Shown here piece by piece: positions 10,337 through 24,283 of a stretch of 45,904 nt of DNA. The stretch is taken from the NCBI GenBank assembly GCA_051941275.1, contig JAVEBF010000029.1, positions 1 through 45,904 of the forward strand. Direction: 5' to 3'. The notes below the pieces were generated by a model. It made no database searches, had not been told where the DNA came from, and saw only the letters and a list, made by a program, of their open reading frames with translations. The position numbers and the translations under genes are program-made. The stretch comes from Dirinaria sp. TL-2023a (Eukaryota). Numbering within the stretch: the stretch's first letter is position 1; every line of letters starts with the position of its first letter.

Positions 10337-11956
10337 TTGGGGGTCAAGGGAATGAATGCTTTGGTTCACATTCCAGGCGCCGGGCCCCTGGGGGCCATGC
10401 AGACTCGGCAGGAGCACGTGACTGGTGCTTCAATCGGGCCATGGACCAGCCGAAGCTGCCGTACAGCAGGTACAGCATACAGACTGAGCGTTGGGTCCTC
10501 GTGTAGCTCGATAGTCCGCAAGGTATTCAGTATGAATAGTCTCCTGGTACACGCCCAGTACTTAGGCTTTGGGTACCTCCTAGAGCGAAGGGCCATTGCA
10601 CAGACTACTGCACAGAAATGGCACATTCAGTGGAGACCAAGTCAGATGACCCTTCTCAAGAAGAAAGATTTAGTAACATGACTGCTCGGGAAAGAATAGA
10701 GGATAAGACGCAGAGAGAAGAAGACAAGATACCCCAATCCCAATGGAAGAGAAAGAAGACTCACGCGCTCTAGGCTTCAACAAGTCTATAAGTATTTCGA
10801 ACGGTGCCAGCTCGCAATTCCTCTTCGACACCACAGACACCACCAATGGTTCAGAAAGACGCCTCAAATTTTATAACGCTCGCACCAATTCTCCGATGGC
10901 CATGGCCAACGTCACCGCCAGTAGCAAGAGGGAGAGAGGCCTCGACAAGCCTCACGGCCACGAGGAAGGACCATTGGAACTGCTACGAAGCCGAGCACTT
11001 CCCCCACCCGCGCTGCGGGGTGGGACTAATTGCAGTGCCATGAATGGGTGGGAGGGCGAAAAGAGACGATAATGAGAAGCCGGGGCCATGTGCACAATCT
11101 AGCATGTGCTGTATGTAAGGGGCTCAGCAGCAGGGTTGCTCAATCTCCTGCGTCTTCTGCATTAGCCTGCATGATATGCAGGCCTCATACGGCTATCGAG
11201 ACAGCAAAGCTACCCCTCCCCTCGAGAAAGGTTAAGAGGCAGGCAGGTGACATCAGAAATGGCAGATGTGCAGGTATCCATAGCAAAGGAAGATGAACAA
11301 GAATTATAGGAATACAGGAGATAGATGTTCAAGATGGCCAGAAAAACAGTTGAGAGCATGTTTAGGGAACACAGACTTACATTGTATACTCAGAACATTA
11401 ATGGGACAAGTGGCTTTAGCTATTCGTTGCACAGGCTTCAACTGCAACAGACAATATATTCGAAACACTCAAACAAGGAGAAGAGAAGGTTGCACATGAT
11501 GAGGATACTTTCAGGTACCTGATGTACTTTGATGCAGCGCCAGGGAACTAATCATGCGGATTGCCGGCCTTTGCCTTTCTTGGGGACTAAGTAGCACAGC
11601 CAATCACATAGCCCAGAAGAGGTACGCTTTCGAGTTGGCTGCAAATGAGATGTAATGGTGAGTGATGGTGCTGGAAGGTGAGACCTTGGTGACTTTGGAG
11701 AGAGAGTTTCGAAAACATGGCGACAAGCTGTTGGGTTTAGGAATATCGTACACAGCTACGACATGATGATCTATGCTGCAAGATCAGCTTCGGTGAAGGC
11801 AGTACATTCTTTAGTAGTTAGATTTCTATCTACTGCTCATGAAATATAGACGAAGAAAGATATAAACTATAGTCATGAATCATAATCATCATGTTATTGC
11901 ACAAAGAAAAAAAGTATTGAGTTTCAGTCCCAACGCTCAAATTGCTGCCTTGTTCT

Positions 11957-13757
11957 CTAGTCAGACCTTTGATCGAAAACCTGCTGTGGTAATCCAAGTC
12001 CTGTCATAGGCATGTTCGTGAAGTCCCTGCTCTCCTCGGTCTTAACGGCCTCTTCTGCTGTGCTGCCAAAGGTACTGTAGGCATTTTGATTGGTATACTG
12101 ATTTGGGTACGCTATACCTCTCAATTGTTGCGCTCCACACGGCGGCCATGGTACTTCAGATGTGGTGATGGGAGGAGCGCTTCGAATTTCATGTATAGGC
12201 TGATGGTATTGCCAAGGACGTCGATCTTGCTGCTGTAGCTGACTGTGACCGGTAAGTGACGTATCGACCCGAAGATGGTGAGTGAAGCCTGTAGATCGCG
12301 TTGCTTGAACATGGCTATCGGCTATTGCATTCGGCGGCGTCTGTGCTTCATAGCTATCTCTTCGCGGAGACTGATAACCAGGTGGTCCCAAGAAAGGTAG
12401 CTGCGCCGGACGCTGCACGAAAGAGCTAGGGTCGGCAACGCTATCAATGCTTGGATATATATCGTAACTTCTGCGGCGTGTGCGACCTAGGTGCGCATTA
12501 TTTGCCTGGATTGGTGAGGCCAATGAGCCGGCTCGAGACCTACGGTATGGCTCGTAGCCGTAAAGAGGTGCGCGATGGTTTGTACGGTGGCTTTGAGATT
12601 GAGTGTAGGGGATGGTTTGACGCCTATCAGGAAATTGGGAGTACGGAGACTCTACGGGACGTATTCGCCCATCGGCGGGTGAGGCTGGTGAATGATTTTT
12701 TGAAATTGAGTGAGATCTCGTAGACTCACTGACAACATCAGAGTTACTGAGAGGAGAGAGGACATATTCGTCGTAATTGGGAGTTCGCAGATTGCTAGGC
12801 ACGCACTCAGGATACATACCGGTTTCTCTAGCACTTCTGTATGTTGGTGACATGACTGTATTGATGTCGATCCGAGGCGTAGATGGTAATGTGGAATCAA
12901 ACGCGGTCAACCTATCGAAATTTTCTGGCAGGGCTCTAGATCTCATCATCCGCTCTCGATCGGAAGGTGGTAGGCGCTTGAGTTTCGCTCGTCTAAACGG
13001 TCTCAGCACTTTTTTCTATCAACGTTGCGATACTGACATACCGATTTTGGAACCACACTTGCACCTGCCGAGAGCTTAGGCCGGGTATTTCCTGAGACAG
13101 ACGCTCTCTTTGAGCAGCGTCAGGATGAGGCTGACGTGCAAACTCGGCCATCAGAAAACGCGTTTGGTTATGAGTTAACCTGCTCGCGGCCTGTCAATGC
13201 AATCGATATGCTTGTGGCATCTTCGAGGCTTCTCACCTAAACCGCTTCATTCTGCGCTTGTCGGATTGTCTCCCGACGGCTGTTCGACTTTGGTTTTGCT
13301 CTTCAGCAATGTCCCCTAGGTCTGAAACGGTCGAGCCGTCGTCTTCATCATCCTCAACACGCGGCTTCTTCTCGCTCGGTGATGGCAGCGACATGTCTTC
13401 ATGTGCTTTTATTTTCGTCACATTGGCAATCGTGTCTTGTAACTCTTCCTGCGACCTTCCACCAAGGCATCTATGTACGATGACCGGTTTAGGTTCGAGA
13501 CAAGACCCTGTGGCATGGCTTTCAGGCAATGAGGCTTGAACGTCCTGCGTACCTGCCTGTGAAGGTAGCGTAGGCCATGCTGCGGTCCCGGTCAATCCAG
13601 AGAGCGAGTCATAAATGCTTGCAGCGCTAGATGTATGGCTCAAGTCCTGGACAAGGCTGCTGCGCCCATGTGCATTGCTAGAAGGCGATAAAGCGTCGGA
13701 TAATTGCTGACTTGGATGCCACTGGTGTGACATAGGCGTAACGTAGCACAAAGACAT
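11957..13757 (-). CDS. Homeodomain transcription factor (3 exons: 13757-13237, 13179-13042, 12992-11957)
   Basis: Splicing introns 13180-13236 and 12993-13041 gives KRRMKRFRLTHNQTRFLMAEFARQPHPDAAQRERLSQEIPGLSSRQVQVWFQNRRAKLKR, with the canonical WFQNRR recognition helix. Confidence 0.95.
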
Positions 13758-15634
13758 CTGCGAAGTTCTGTCCAGGAGTACGTTGGCCTGCTCTCGCGTT
13801 TAAAACCCCCATCAAACCAGTGTGCAGGATGGCCTTTGTCTTGGAAATGGCGCACAATTCCCGCGACGCTGCGCAGGCGTGGCTCATAAGTCGAGAGTAT
13901 GCCCGAGTCGATTCAACAAAGCATCGGAACGTGGGTTCTCGCACAACGCCAATTCGATGTAGTCCCTGACCGAATTCAGACCCTTCGAGAGACTGTTGAC
14001 ATTGAATTCAGCTGGCTAACGCAGGCACAATTGAAGACCAAGCACGGCAGATGCTGCCACACTGCCTATCTGGCTTGGGGTTGATGGAGCTTATCGTGTA
14101 TTGGATCCACACCGTCGTTTGACGATTAGACTCCAACCGAAAGAAATGTTTATGGTCCACGCAGTCTGGCGCAAGCAATGTTCGACAGCCACTCAAACAA
14201 GAATAGGTGATGGGTCCAACAATGGCAGATAATGCTTCAAAAAGACAATGAGTCTATTTCCAGCTTTCGGTCCAATCCTACCGAAATATCTCGGCTTCGC
14301 CGATCACGGTGAGACAAGCGGGACTAGCGATGGAAGGAGACGTGCGTGAGGGAGCAACAAGAGACTTCTAACCGAGAAGGCAAAGAGTGATAACCAATCT
14401 CTGTACGACTAAGCAACGAAACATTACCAATGCTGTACGCAATCGAGACAGACGAGGTCTCAAGCTCTTGATGCATCGGACACGTGAGCCAGGGGCTAAA
14501 CCAGATGAAGGCGAAACGACAGCAGAACGCGGAAACTTGCTGCTGAAAACTCAACTATCCAGCGCCTTGACGAGGAAGGCAGGGCAGGATCTCTGCGATC
14601 CGGCAGGCGCCTTCCGACTCTAAGGTAATGCTGGAAGGGACTGTTCGCCAATGACTCAACAAGATGTCCTAAGATTGAGGTCAGCTGGCAGCAGACAAAT
14701 TCCGCGCTTGCAAGTGTGATCCCAATGGCTAATGTACTTCAATGGTAGTTCAGGCAGGATCCAGGCATGGATCGTATTGGCTCAAGGCATTGTGGTTATC
14801 CTTGCCGCAGTTGATCGTCGGGCTTTACGAGACTTGGAAAGCAGTCAGAACCAGTAGCAGCTAGTATCTGCCACCTTTGCATGATACCCCTCTTTGCGTA
14901 GGGAAAATTGCTCTAGGCTATGCGCATGGCATGAACTCGGGCGAGATCGTGATACTACACACCAAGGATGGCAATCCTAGTCTCCATATGCCATGAACGT
15001 TGGGAGGGGGCGGATTGGGTCAGGTACTCTCGTGGCAAGATACCGAATTGCATTAGCGTCATCTTTCGGTTTATTCAATGGCCTGCAGATCAGGTTGTTC
15101 AAGGCTTTAGAACGAGTACAGCCTGTATTGCCCCTATGGAAAGCTACTTTCTTGAAGATTCAGCTACGGATGCTAATCCCGGCACCACTGACGACCAAAG
15201 GCTTCCAAGGTTTCTTTTACCGGGAACGATGATCAACGGTAATGGCAGAAGAGGAAGTCTTCCTCGGTCCGTAAGCTCGGGATGGATTCGAGAGTACAAT
15301 CACAATGAAACGTAGCTGACAGACGCTCATTAATGAAGGCCCGCTGTGATTTATGCGCCTAAAGACTGGCACAGGCTGCACTAGGTCTTAATCGATACTC
15401 GCCTCTCACTTGGAAGACCGTTAGATACACGAAACAAACGGACAACGTAAAGGAACCGGCAAGCGAAAAGGTAGGCAATTGGGGTGCCAAATGGCTGGTA
15501 TTTGATCTAAAACCGTAAGGTCCACAATTTTCACTGTGAGGCTGCGGCCGCAGACCAGGGACTTCATGAATCATTTTGTTTTGCAGACACTGCGTAAAGC
15601 TGAACGCAGAGAGAGCATAACCTTGAGACTTGAA

Positions 15635-15665
15635 TCTCTCTCTGTCTCTCTCTCTCTCTCTCTTT
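15635..15665. repeat. (CT)n microsatellite
   Basis: TCTCTCTCTGTCTCTCTCTCTCTCTCTCTTT seen directly. Confidence 0.85.
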
Positions 15666-17032
15666 CTTTTTGGCCCTGTGTCGTTCTGTTCAGTTGAGAG
15701 CCTGGTCGTGCACTTGCCTTCGTTTTTGCCAGTCTAGACGTCCGCAGTCTTCCTCTGTCGCTGGAATAGGCTTGCGATCCTACTGGCACTACTGGCTGCG
15801 TCAAAGAGGCTTGCTTCGAGTAAGCTGAGCATGAGCTCCGCAGTTGTGCGAAACGTAGATCTGCGCCAGTTGGCGCGATGCTTGAGATGTGAGTCGTGGT
15901 GTGACACTCCCCTGATTCCAATGCCTGTTGTTCATTGTTGTATTCATGGATACAAACGACCAATGGCATGATTTTATGGACACACCTCATCCCTCGACCC
16001 TCACCCCATCATGTTTTCTACGGTTTCGGGAAGGTCAGGCCTGGGCCGCGCGCCCCCCGGCCCATGGGATCATTTAGACTAAGTACCAAGAACGGCATGA
16101 AGCAGCTCTGAAACGTCTTGGCATCGAAAACATGGCGAATCTAGTCCTGATTAGGGGGTGGAGCATTGAGGTGGCAGAAGAGACACCGTTATAATTTCCC
16201 TCTCTTGACAGGTGATAACGCACTCAATCTTTTACATAAGTCACTGGAACTTCTAAGCAAAACCAGAAGCAGCGAGCAATTGGTCAGTGCTGGCGAGATT
16301 TCGGCGAACGAAGAGCTGAAAGACAACGGCACATCATCGGCGATGCCTACTGGCCTGCGACCATTGGCAGAGTTGCACCAGTGGGATGCCGGCAACACTA
16401 GTATGCGGCGAGGAATGCAAAAAGGCTGACTCCAAGCGAGGTGACGGCGATCCAATATTTTACACAATTGTGTTATCCCAGAGTAACGACCGCCGTAACA
16501 ATGCAGGTACCGGTACACAGAATCTTCATCGGCATATGGCATGCTGACATGCTCCATCCTCGAGTGGGATACCGAGGAATTGCAAGATGCATGCGAGCAG
16601 TGACCGGTTCAGGGCAAAGACTGAAACTTGACAATAACCCACTACCCTGAGCCATGCACATGCGGCCGCAGCGCCCCCACAGAATCAGTAGTTGTTGAGC
16701 AACCGATGATGCACGCTGCGAGGCAATCAGATCCTGAGCGTCGCTGACTCGCTCGACCATAGTCTCTTGGCCACGCCACGACCCCCAGTAACGGATGAAA
16801 CAAAAGTTTGAGGTGGTGTGGCGATGGTCTGGTGACGTTGGAATAAACGTTAGCCTATGCGCCGACCGCTCGTATCGATATGATAACCGGTGGTCAACTG
16901 AGGTGGCATACCCAAAAGGTACCGCTCCTCAAAGAAGTAAGGCTTCAACCAGCCCATCACTACAATTTTAAAGTAGGGTAGGACCCCAGTAGCTGAGGGA
17001 GCTCACAATAATAATGGGCGTCGGAATCCCTG

Positions 17033-19365
17033 CTACTTCACAACGTCGTCTTGGCCTATCTCTGTCGCTCTCGCTGGAGCGAGCTGCGTCGCCTCCGTGA
17101 TGGGCCGCTCATCTGTACTTTCGCCTACACCATTACCTTTTCCCTCTTCTTCACTATTATTCTCCTTTTCAGAATTAATGAACACAACAGGTTCAGGAGC
17201 TGTCTTGTCCACATCGCGCGCTGCATCGATGCCGTCGCTTTCGGCAACTCTCTGGTGACTGTCTGCTTTTGGTTCGAACAGAGCTTGGAGATCATGGCCA
17301 TCATCGATCTTGTCAAGCAGATTGAGTCTGCTCTTTGAGGCCACACGCAGCGTTCGCCACAGCTTGCTTGCTCGTCCGTCTGCGGCTTGCCGCTTTTCCT
17401 CGTCGGTGTTGGCCCTTTCGATATCAAAATCATCATCTGCGATCGGTCCCTTGAATGAGTCTACGGACGGGATAGTATACCTAAAGTTTGTTAATATAGG
17501 GATAAAGAAGCCGGGACCTGCCGCACCTTTCGGTATTCGATAGCTTTCTCAAATTGTCCCCACTTCCCGCATCGGAGAGAAAATCGAGATCGAGCGAGCC
17601 AATTGGTGTCGCCTTGAGTCGCTTGTTCGCGCATGCATGTTGTGCGCCCTTCTCAGCTTCCGAAAAATTCTCTGCCGACATCGATGCACGTTCAATTAAT
17701 GGACATCCCTCCGCTTTCCAATGTGCCCAATTCTTGTCTCGAGATAGTACTGTGTCCACCATTCGATAATAGAACTTGCCTTCCGGTCCTTGTTGTAAGT
17801 ACGTAGCAATATTCGACCTCATGTCGGTGGCCCATTGTGCCTGGGATGAAAGTTAGCTGAAGTCATCATTGACAGCGTTGCAAGTCTTTGAGCACATACA
17901 TCTTCATCGCTCAGAGTATAGCTGTAGAGCACTGATTTGTTCGTTTTGTCCTCAAGCTTCTTCTTTGCTTTTGGCGTGAGGGAAAGCAGGAAGTCCGTGA
18001 GAATAAGCGCTTGGACTAGAATGTGACGCCGAAAGGCGAGGTCACTAATCTGGAGGTATGATAGTCAGAAATGGACCACTCCACGAAATACGGCGTGGGC
18101 CTACCTCAAGATCGAACAGATCTCTACTGGTGAGATACTTGGGATTGAAACTCGCCGCCAGCTCATCCTCGCCTTCTCCACGTTTTCTCTTTGCTCCTCG
18201 CCTGCTGTCGTCCGGAGCTGTAGATGTTCCGCGAGCTTGTTGCTTCTCATGTACTGATCGGAACTTTTGCAGCGTCAAGCCTAAGCCTTTTTTGAATTCA
18301 CGGAAATCTGCCTCATTAAATAGTCTTGTCGGCATTGAGAAATTCTTTTGTATTGCCCAGAAGATGGGATAAAGTGCGTCCATGTCGAGTTCAAGGATCT
18401 CCTGATCATGAAGTTCCCCGTCCAACTTGACGGGATTACTTGATATTTCTGTTGTTTTACCATCGCTGACCTCTACCTTATTTTCTGTCCCAGGACTTAT
18501 CTCCACTCCCATCATGTCCACATTGGCAGCGTCCGACTTCACCTGCACGGGCTCCTCTTCGTGGTCTGCAACTGGAGGTAGCTGCTCGAAGGTTGTCACA
18601 TTCTCAACATGGTACTCTCCTCGTAGATTGACAGAGCTTCGATCACCGAGAGGGAAACTCTGAAACAGGAAGATAAACACTCTGCCGCAGAAGACGGTGT
18701 CTTCGGCACGCGAAAGCCTGCGCAAGAGTTCATTGCATGCTCTTAAGATAATGAGTTGTTTCGCAGGAAAATGTTTCTGCGGTTACCGGTCAGCTCAAAG
18801 ACGCCCAGGAACGGACTCGCAATTACCCACAGCAGTAATACGTTCTCTTCGCGAATCGAGGTAGTCAAAAACGATCCGACAGCCATCGATCGTTTGTGTA
18901 TCCAGCAGCTCTTCCAGCAACCAGAAGATAAGACTAGGTTCGCATTGCTCTTGTGATGATCAGCGCTTCGCCCTTTCTTTTCAAATGTCCTGAACTGTAC
19001 CAGTGTCCGAAAGTATTGAGATTATGTCGAGTAAATTCCACACTTCGCTAAAGGCAGCATCTCCGACAGGCGTGGAACCCTACTGAGTTAGCATACTAGA
19101 TCGACATGTGCACTCTGATCGTACACACCACTAGGTCGTAGAAAATGTCCCGGCATGCTGTCTCAATGGCGGCATAATGCGATTGGGGACTTGTCAAGGA
19201 CTTATTGCCCGATCTTCTTGCGAGCGACTCAATCGCACCGTTAAGGTCCGGTGGGGTGATAGCTGGTTCGATACCTCCATGCGGCTTGGTATTCCGGGCT
19301 TTCGTGAGCAAGTCTTGCAAAGCGTGTCTGTAGGTGCCCACAGAGGTGACCTCTGACCTAGGCAT
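17033..19365 (-). CDS. THOC1: THO complex subunit 1 (THOC1/Hpr1 family), multi-exon
   Basis: LRACNELLRRLSRAEDTVFCGRVFIFLFQSFPLGDRSSVNLRGEYHVENVT, FNPKYLTSRDLFDLE, LAFRRHILVQ and VLSRDKNWAHWKAEGCP are typical of fungal THOC1. ATG at 19365. Confidence 0.92.
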
Positions 19366-19735
19366 TGCTGGTTTCCCTAGAGCCCACCTCGCATTTACGT
19401 TTGGAGGCTTTGAATGTCGTGAGCGAACAGTCAAACGCTGCACAGACGATAGCAAGAAGACTAGTTCAATCTGAGAGATCGTACATATTGCGCGATGCAA
19501 ACGATGCAAGGTAACTGCCGGCTCAAGTGGTATGAATGCCTTATAAGTGATGCTTTGAAAGAAGTGCGGACTTAAGAAATTTAGCGCCGGCTGTAAAGTC
19601 TGAAACTTTTCTGAAGGTCGCTCCCGTCGCGCATTATTTACGTTTCGACTTAGCTCAGGAATACTGTATTCAAGTCAGAACCCATAATCAACGGTCATGG
19701 CTACTCCATGACATGATTCAGATGCTATCCGAATC

Positions 19736-22700
19736 ATGTCTGTGGCAGTAGCTTCCCAGGACGACCGCCCAGATTTAAAGGACCTTGAAGAAGGCCATTG
19801 GTTTACACTTGCCCAAAAACACTGGGCAAGGCCTACAAATCCAAGGAAGGTCAAAGCTGAAGTTATAAGGAGCGAATTGTGGGAGGCTTTGGAGAACGAG
19901 GATTTTCGTCTACGGTCACTCTTGGTCTTAGAGTCGCTACAGCTCCTCGAAAAGTATTCTTATATACCTGCTAGTGCTATTCCATACTGACCCGTTTTAG
20001 CTATCTATGGGCAGGCTACACCGACGAGTCAACAAATCATCACGTCCTCCTAATAGCGCTTCTTTCTACAGTCAAAGGAAGGGAAAAGCTTCCAATATGG
20101 GGTAAGGCTTAGGCATGTAGGCACCGGGTTAGAATCGCTGACGAACTCAAGATGTGTTCTCCAACGACCCCGCCCGTTTTTCCTCCCTATTTCGCCGAAT
20201 ATTGTCAATGTGTATCGATGTATCGCTTAAGATAACTTTGCGGAATCATCTCCTATCCTTCATTATCTGCGCTTTTCAGTCTTTAGATAATGGCCTCGTA
20301 CGGAAAGAGTGTGCACCACTGGTTTCGATATCGATATGGAACAACTTGGCATCCGAGAGCGCGCGGGAGACTAGCCTTGAGCAGAATCCACCGTTCAAGA
20401 AGGCGTGGCGAGCTTCTGCCAAAAGGTATGACAATGCAGATGACGGCCTACGTGCAAGACTCCATTTTGAGCGGTCCTGGTTATATACTATGATAGTGGA
20501 TTTCATGAGTCGTTTGCAGGTATTAACAGAAGGTCAGTTCAATCCGCATTATCTGCAGCCTCGGCTAAGATGAAGGCAGACAACGCCATATACTGTGAAA
20601 AATTCCTGGAGTTCTTGTCAGATCTCGTTAGCCAGCTTCCGACGAGAAGATATGTCAAAACGCTGCTGCTCGATCTGAATGTTTTAGCTGTGATTCGATT
20701 GTCTCCTGTCTTTAATCGCGATGAAAACGGGTTGCTATGCGATTTATTCCTCCTTTTACGCCATTTCATGAATTTCCCAATCGACGACAGTACGGGTGCT
20801 CAATTAACACATGCTCAATCTTTCGAGAAACATTGTGAACAACTGGCACGCCTACAGAGAACTGCCTTAAAACTTTTCAAGTCTAAGCTAACTATTTTGG
20901 CGCTTTCAAATTACGGCTCAATAGATCAAAGAAAGGAACTGGAAAGCCACCTGCATCCACTCAATGAGCTCGAGTTGGCGGAGTTATGTACCTCGCTTGG
21001 CTTTCGAATAACTTATCCACCGGCTGCCAATGTTCGAGTAGGCAGGGACTTGCAATTAGAAGTGCTAATTTCGGCGCACGAAAGGCAGAAGTCTTTTCAG
21101 GAGACTGTGCGCGACCTCAGCACTCTCCCCACAGAAGCGGCGTTGTATGAACCAAGCTTGCTGCGTAACGAGATTTATGATGGCTCCCGGTCTCTTGCAA
21201 TCCCGAAACTTAATCTTCAATATCTTAGTGTTGGGGACTTCTTATGGCGGGCTTTGATACTGTACAGGTGCGAGTCCTTTTTTGAGATTAGAAAAGATAT
21301 TGAGGACGTTCTCAAACGCTTGCAACCAAAGTCTGCGGGTTCAGTAGGCAGCGTAAAGTTTGAAGGATTCTCGAAGATGGCAATCCCCATCTCTAAGCCG
21401 GCGTAAGTCTTGCAAGTGCCAAAGACAGAATGGTTCGTACTGACTCATTTGGCCAGCATCATCGAGGTTGCACAGCCCAAAGTAGGCCATTATGCGCCTG
21501 CTTTTGTAAGGGCTGAGATCATATTAGATACAGATAGTCTTGCAGACAACGTTCGGCTAGAATGGGAATCTCTTCGACCAGACGATGTTATTTATCTCTG
21601 TACGGTACAGCCTTTACAAGATAGCCACCGGTTCCTGAATGGAGTTCCCTCCCTATCTGATACGCGAGACTCGCAGCTTCGGTGTCTACGAACAGCAGAA
21701 ATTGTACAGCTTCTAGATGACCATGGCCGCTCTTTAAGGGAAAATGTCCAAGTCCAAGTGAATGGCTACAGTGCGCGACAACGTCTAAGAAGGATGATTG
21801 TAAACCTGAATGAAGCCGAATACAAGCGTGACATTCAACGCAAGGCGGATGGGAACCCTGATGTATATGAGTCTATGAATTTAGTCATCCGCAGGAGAGG
21901 ACGGGAGAACAATTTCAGCAGGGTGCTAAGGACTGTCAAAAGCCTAATTTTGTCAGAAATTCCAGTTCCAGCTTGGCTGCAAGAAGTATTACTCGGTTAT
22001 GGAGACCCTGCTAGCGCTACTTACAGCCGACTCGCGAGCAGGCTTAAGACCGTGGACTTCCGTGATACCTTTTTAGATTGGCAACATCTTGTCGAATCAC
22101 TTCCCGGAAAGGTAAGCACAGGGACGCATCTCTTTTATAGTATTCCACTGACAGCTATGGCAGACCGTGGAACAAGAGCAAGGCTCAAGCGCTGAACTTG
22201 CGCCGCCATACGTTCTCGAAATGGAGACTCTTGCCCCAAAGGACGAGCTTAGGCCGTCCAAAAAACGACGGCGGGACGACACTGAGCAGCAAATGCAGCC
22301 GGTGAACACTGTCCGAGTGTCCACGTACGAGCCATCGAGTTGTGGACCCTACCCAAGTGATGCTCCTAAAGTTAATAAAGTCCGCTTCACTCCAGTCCAA
22401 GTGGAGGCTATTGTGTCAGGTACTCAACCAGGGCTTACAGTGATTGTTGGCCCACCCGGGACCGGAAAGACTGATGTTGCCACGCAAATCGTGAACAACA
22501 TCTACCACGACTTTCCCGATCAGCGGACTGTGCTCATAGCTCATAGTAATCAAGCACTAAATCAACTGTTCCAGAAAATTACTAGTCTAGATATCGACGA
22601 ACGTCATCTACTCCGGCTCGGCCACGGTGAAGAAGATCTGGAGACGGACGCAAACTACGGAAAACATGGCCGGGTGGAGTCATTTCTTGACAATCGAATC

Positions 22701-24283
22701 TACTTACTGGCTGAGGTGGACCGGTTAGCGGCAAATTTCAGTGCACCTGGTGCTCATGGAAACTCGTGCGAAACTGCCGGATATTTCAACTCAGTCTATG
22801 TTCGCCCTGCCTGGTCGAAGTTTTGGGACGTGGTTGGCAGGACCGAGGGCCCCGCAGACATCATTGGAGCATTCCCATTTCATTCCTACTTCCACAATAC
22901 ACCTCAGCCACTCTTCCCCGAAGCTGCCTCTCGAGATCTGATTATTAGTGTCGCGAAAGGGTGTCAACGGCATATCGACCGAATATTCTCAGCATTGGAG
23001 GACATCAGACCTTTCGAGATTCTTCGAACTGCCAGGGACAAAACCAACTATCTAATGATCAAAGAAGCTCGGATCATAGCCATGACTTCGACCCATGCCG
23101 CGATAAGGAGACAGGAAATGGCTGCTCTGGGATTCCATTATGAAAATGTAATAATGGAAGAAGCTGCTCAGATAACGGAGATTGAGAGCTTTATTCCACT
23201 GGCGCTGCAGAACCCTAAAAAGGGCGAACTGCCTCTTCAGCGAGTGGTGCTCTGTGGTGACCATCTCCAGAATTCACCCATTGTCCAGAATTTTGCTTTC
23301 AGGCAGTTTGCCAACCTCGAACAAAGCCTGTTTCTACGGCTTGTGCGGCTTGGTGTTCCCACTATTGATCTTGATCGCCAAGGCAGAGCTCGACCAAGCA
23401 TCGCAGAGCTCTACAGCTGGCGCTATAAGAAGCTGGACAGCCTTCCGAATGTTCTCCGGAATCCGGAATTCCAGATCGCAAACGCGGGTTTCAGATACGA
23501 TTTTCAATTCATCAACGTCCCGGACTACAGAGGTCATGGAGAATCCCAACCAAGCCCCCACTTCATCCAGAACCTAGGCGAAGCAGAGTATGCTGTTGCG
23601 ATCTACCAATACATGCGGTTACTTGGGTACCCAGCTTCCAGGATCACTATATTGACAACGTACGCCGGTCAACGAGCGCTGATCAAGGATGTCCTAGGTC
23701 ATCGATGCGCACGCAACAGAAACTTTGGATTGCCAAGACTAGTGACGACCGTCGACAAGTATCAGGGAGAGCAGAATGATTGTAATTCTCTACAACAGTC
23801 TATACAAAGTGATGAATCCAGCTGACTTCGAGTTCAGATATCATAGTATCACTTACGCGAACGAGTCGCGTTGGCTACCTGCGCGATATTCGCCGTCTAA
23901 CCGTTGCATTATCTCGTGCGAGACTAGGTCTTTATATCCTCGGAAGACGAACAGTCTTCGAAACATGCCATGAACTCAGAGAAGCTTTCAGCCGGCTTCT
24001 TTCTGATCGACCTGACAAGCTTATGATAGTTACAGGGGAGATGTTCGGTGCCACGTCTCGTTCAATTCACGATGAAGCACAAGCCACCGAGATGACTGGT
24101 GTAGAGCATTTGGGACTCTACGTCTACGAAATGACAAAAGCCAAGACTGAAGGATCAGGAGTGGGGGAAAAGCCGCTGGGCACCCGTGGGACATCCAACT
24201 TCGAAATGGATGTTGAGGCAAATGGTGAAGAGTACAGGAATGGCGAGGAAGCTCAACCGGAGAAGTTGGATGAGATTGAGTGA
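19736..24283 (+). CDS. cwf11: Intron-binding spliceosomal RNA helicase Aquarius (Cwf11), multi-exon
   Basis: LAIPKLNLQYLS, RRRGRENNF, Walker A VGPPGTGKTD, HSNQALN, MEEAAQI, GDHLQ, QNLGEAEY and TVDKYQGEQND are all Aquarius/Upf1-like SF1 motifs. Exons are linked by short GT-AG introns. Confidence 0.96.

Noticed and set aside
11957..13757. Homeobox gene as a mating-type locus
   Set aside because: Pezizomycotina MAT loci use alpha-box/HMG genes flanked by APN2 and SLA2, none of which is present.
14324..16760. Numerous 60-140 aa ORFs on both strands
   Set aside because: No domain motifs, mutually overlapping, and lengths expected by chance at this GC content.
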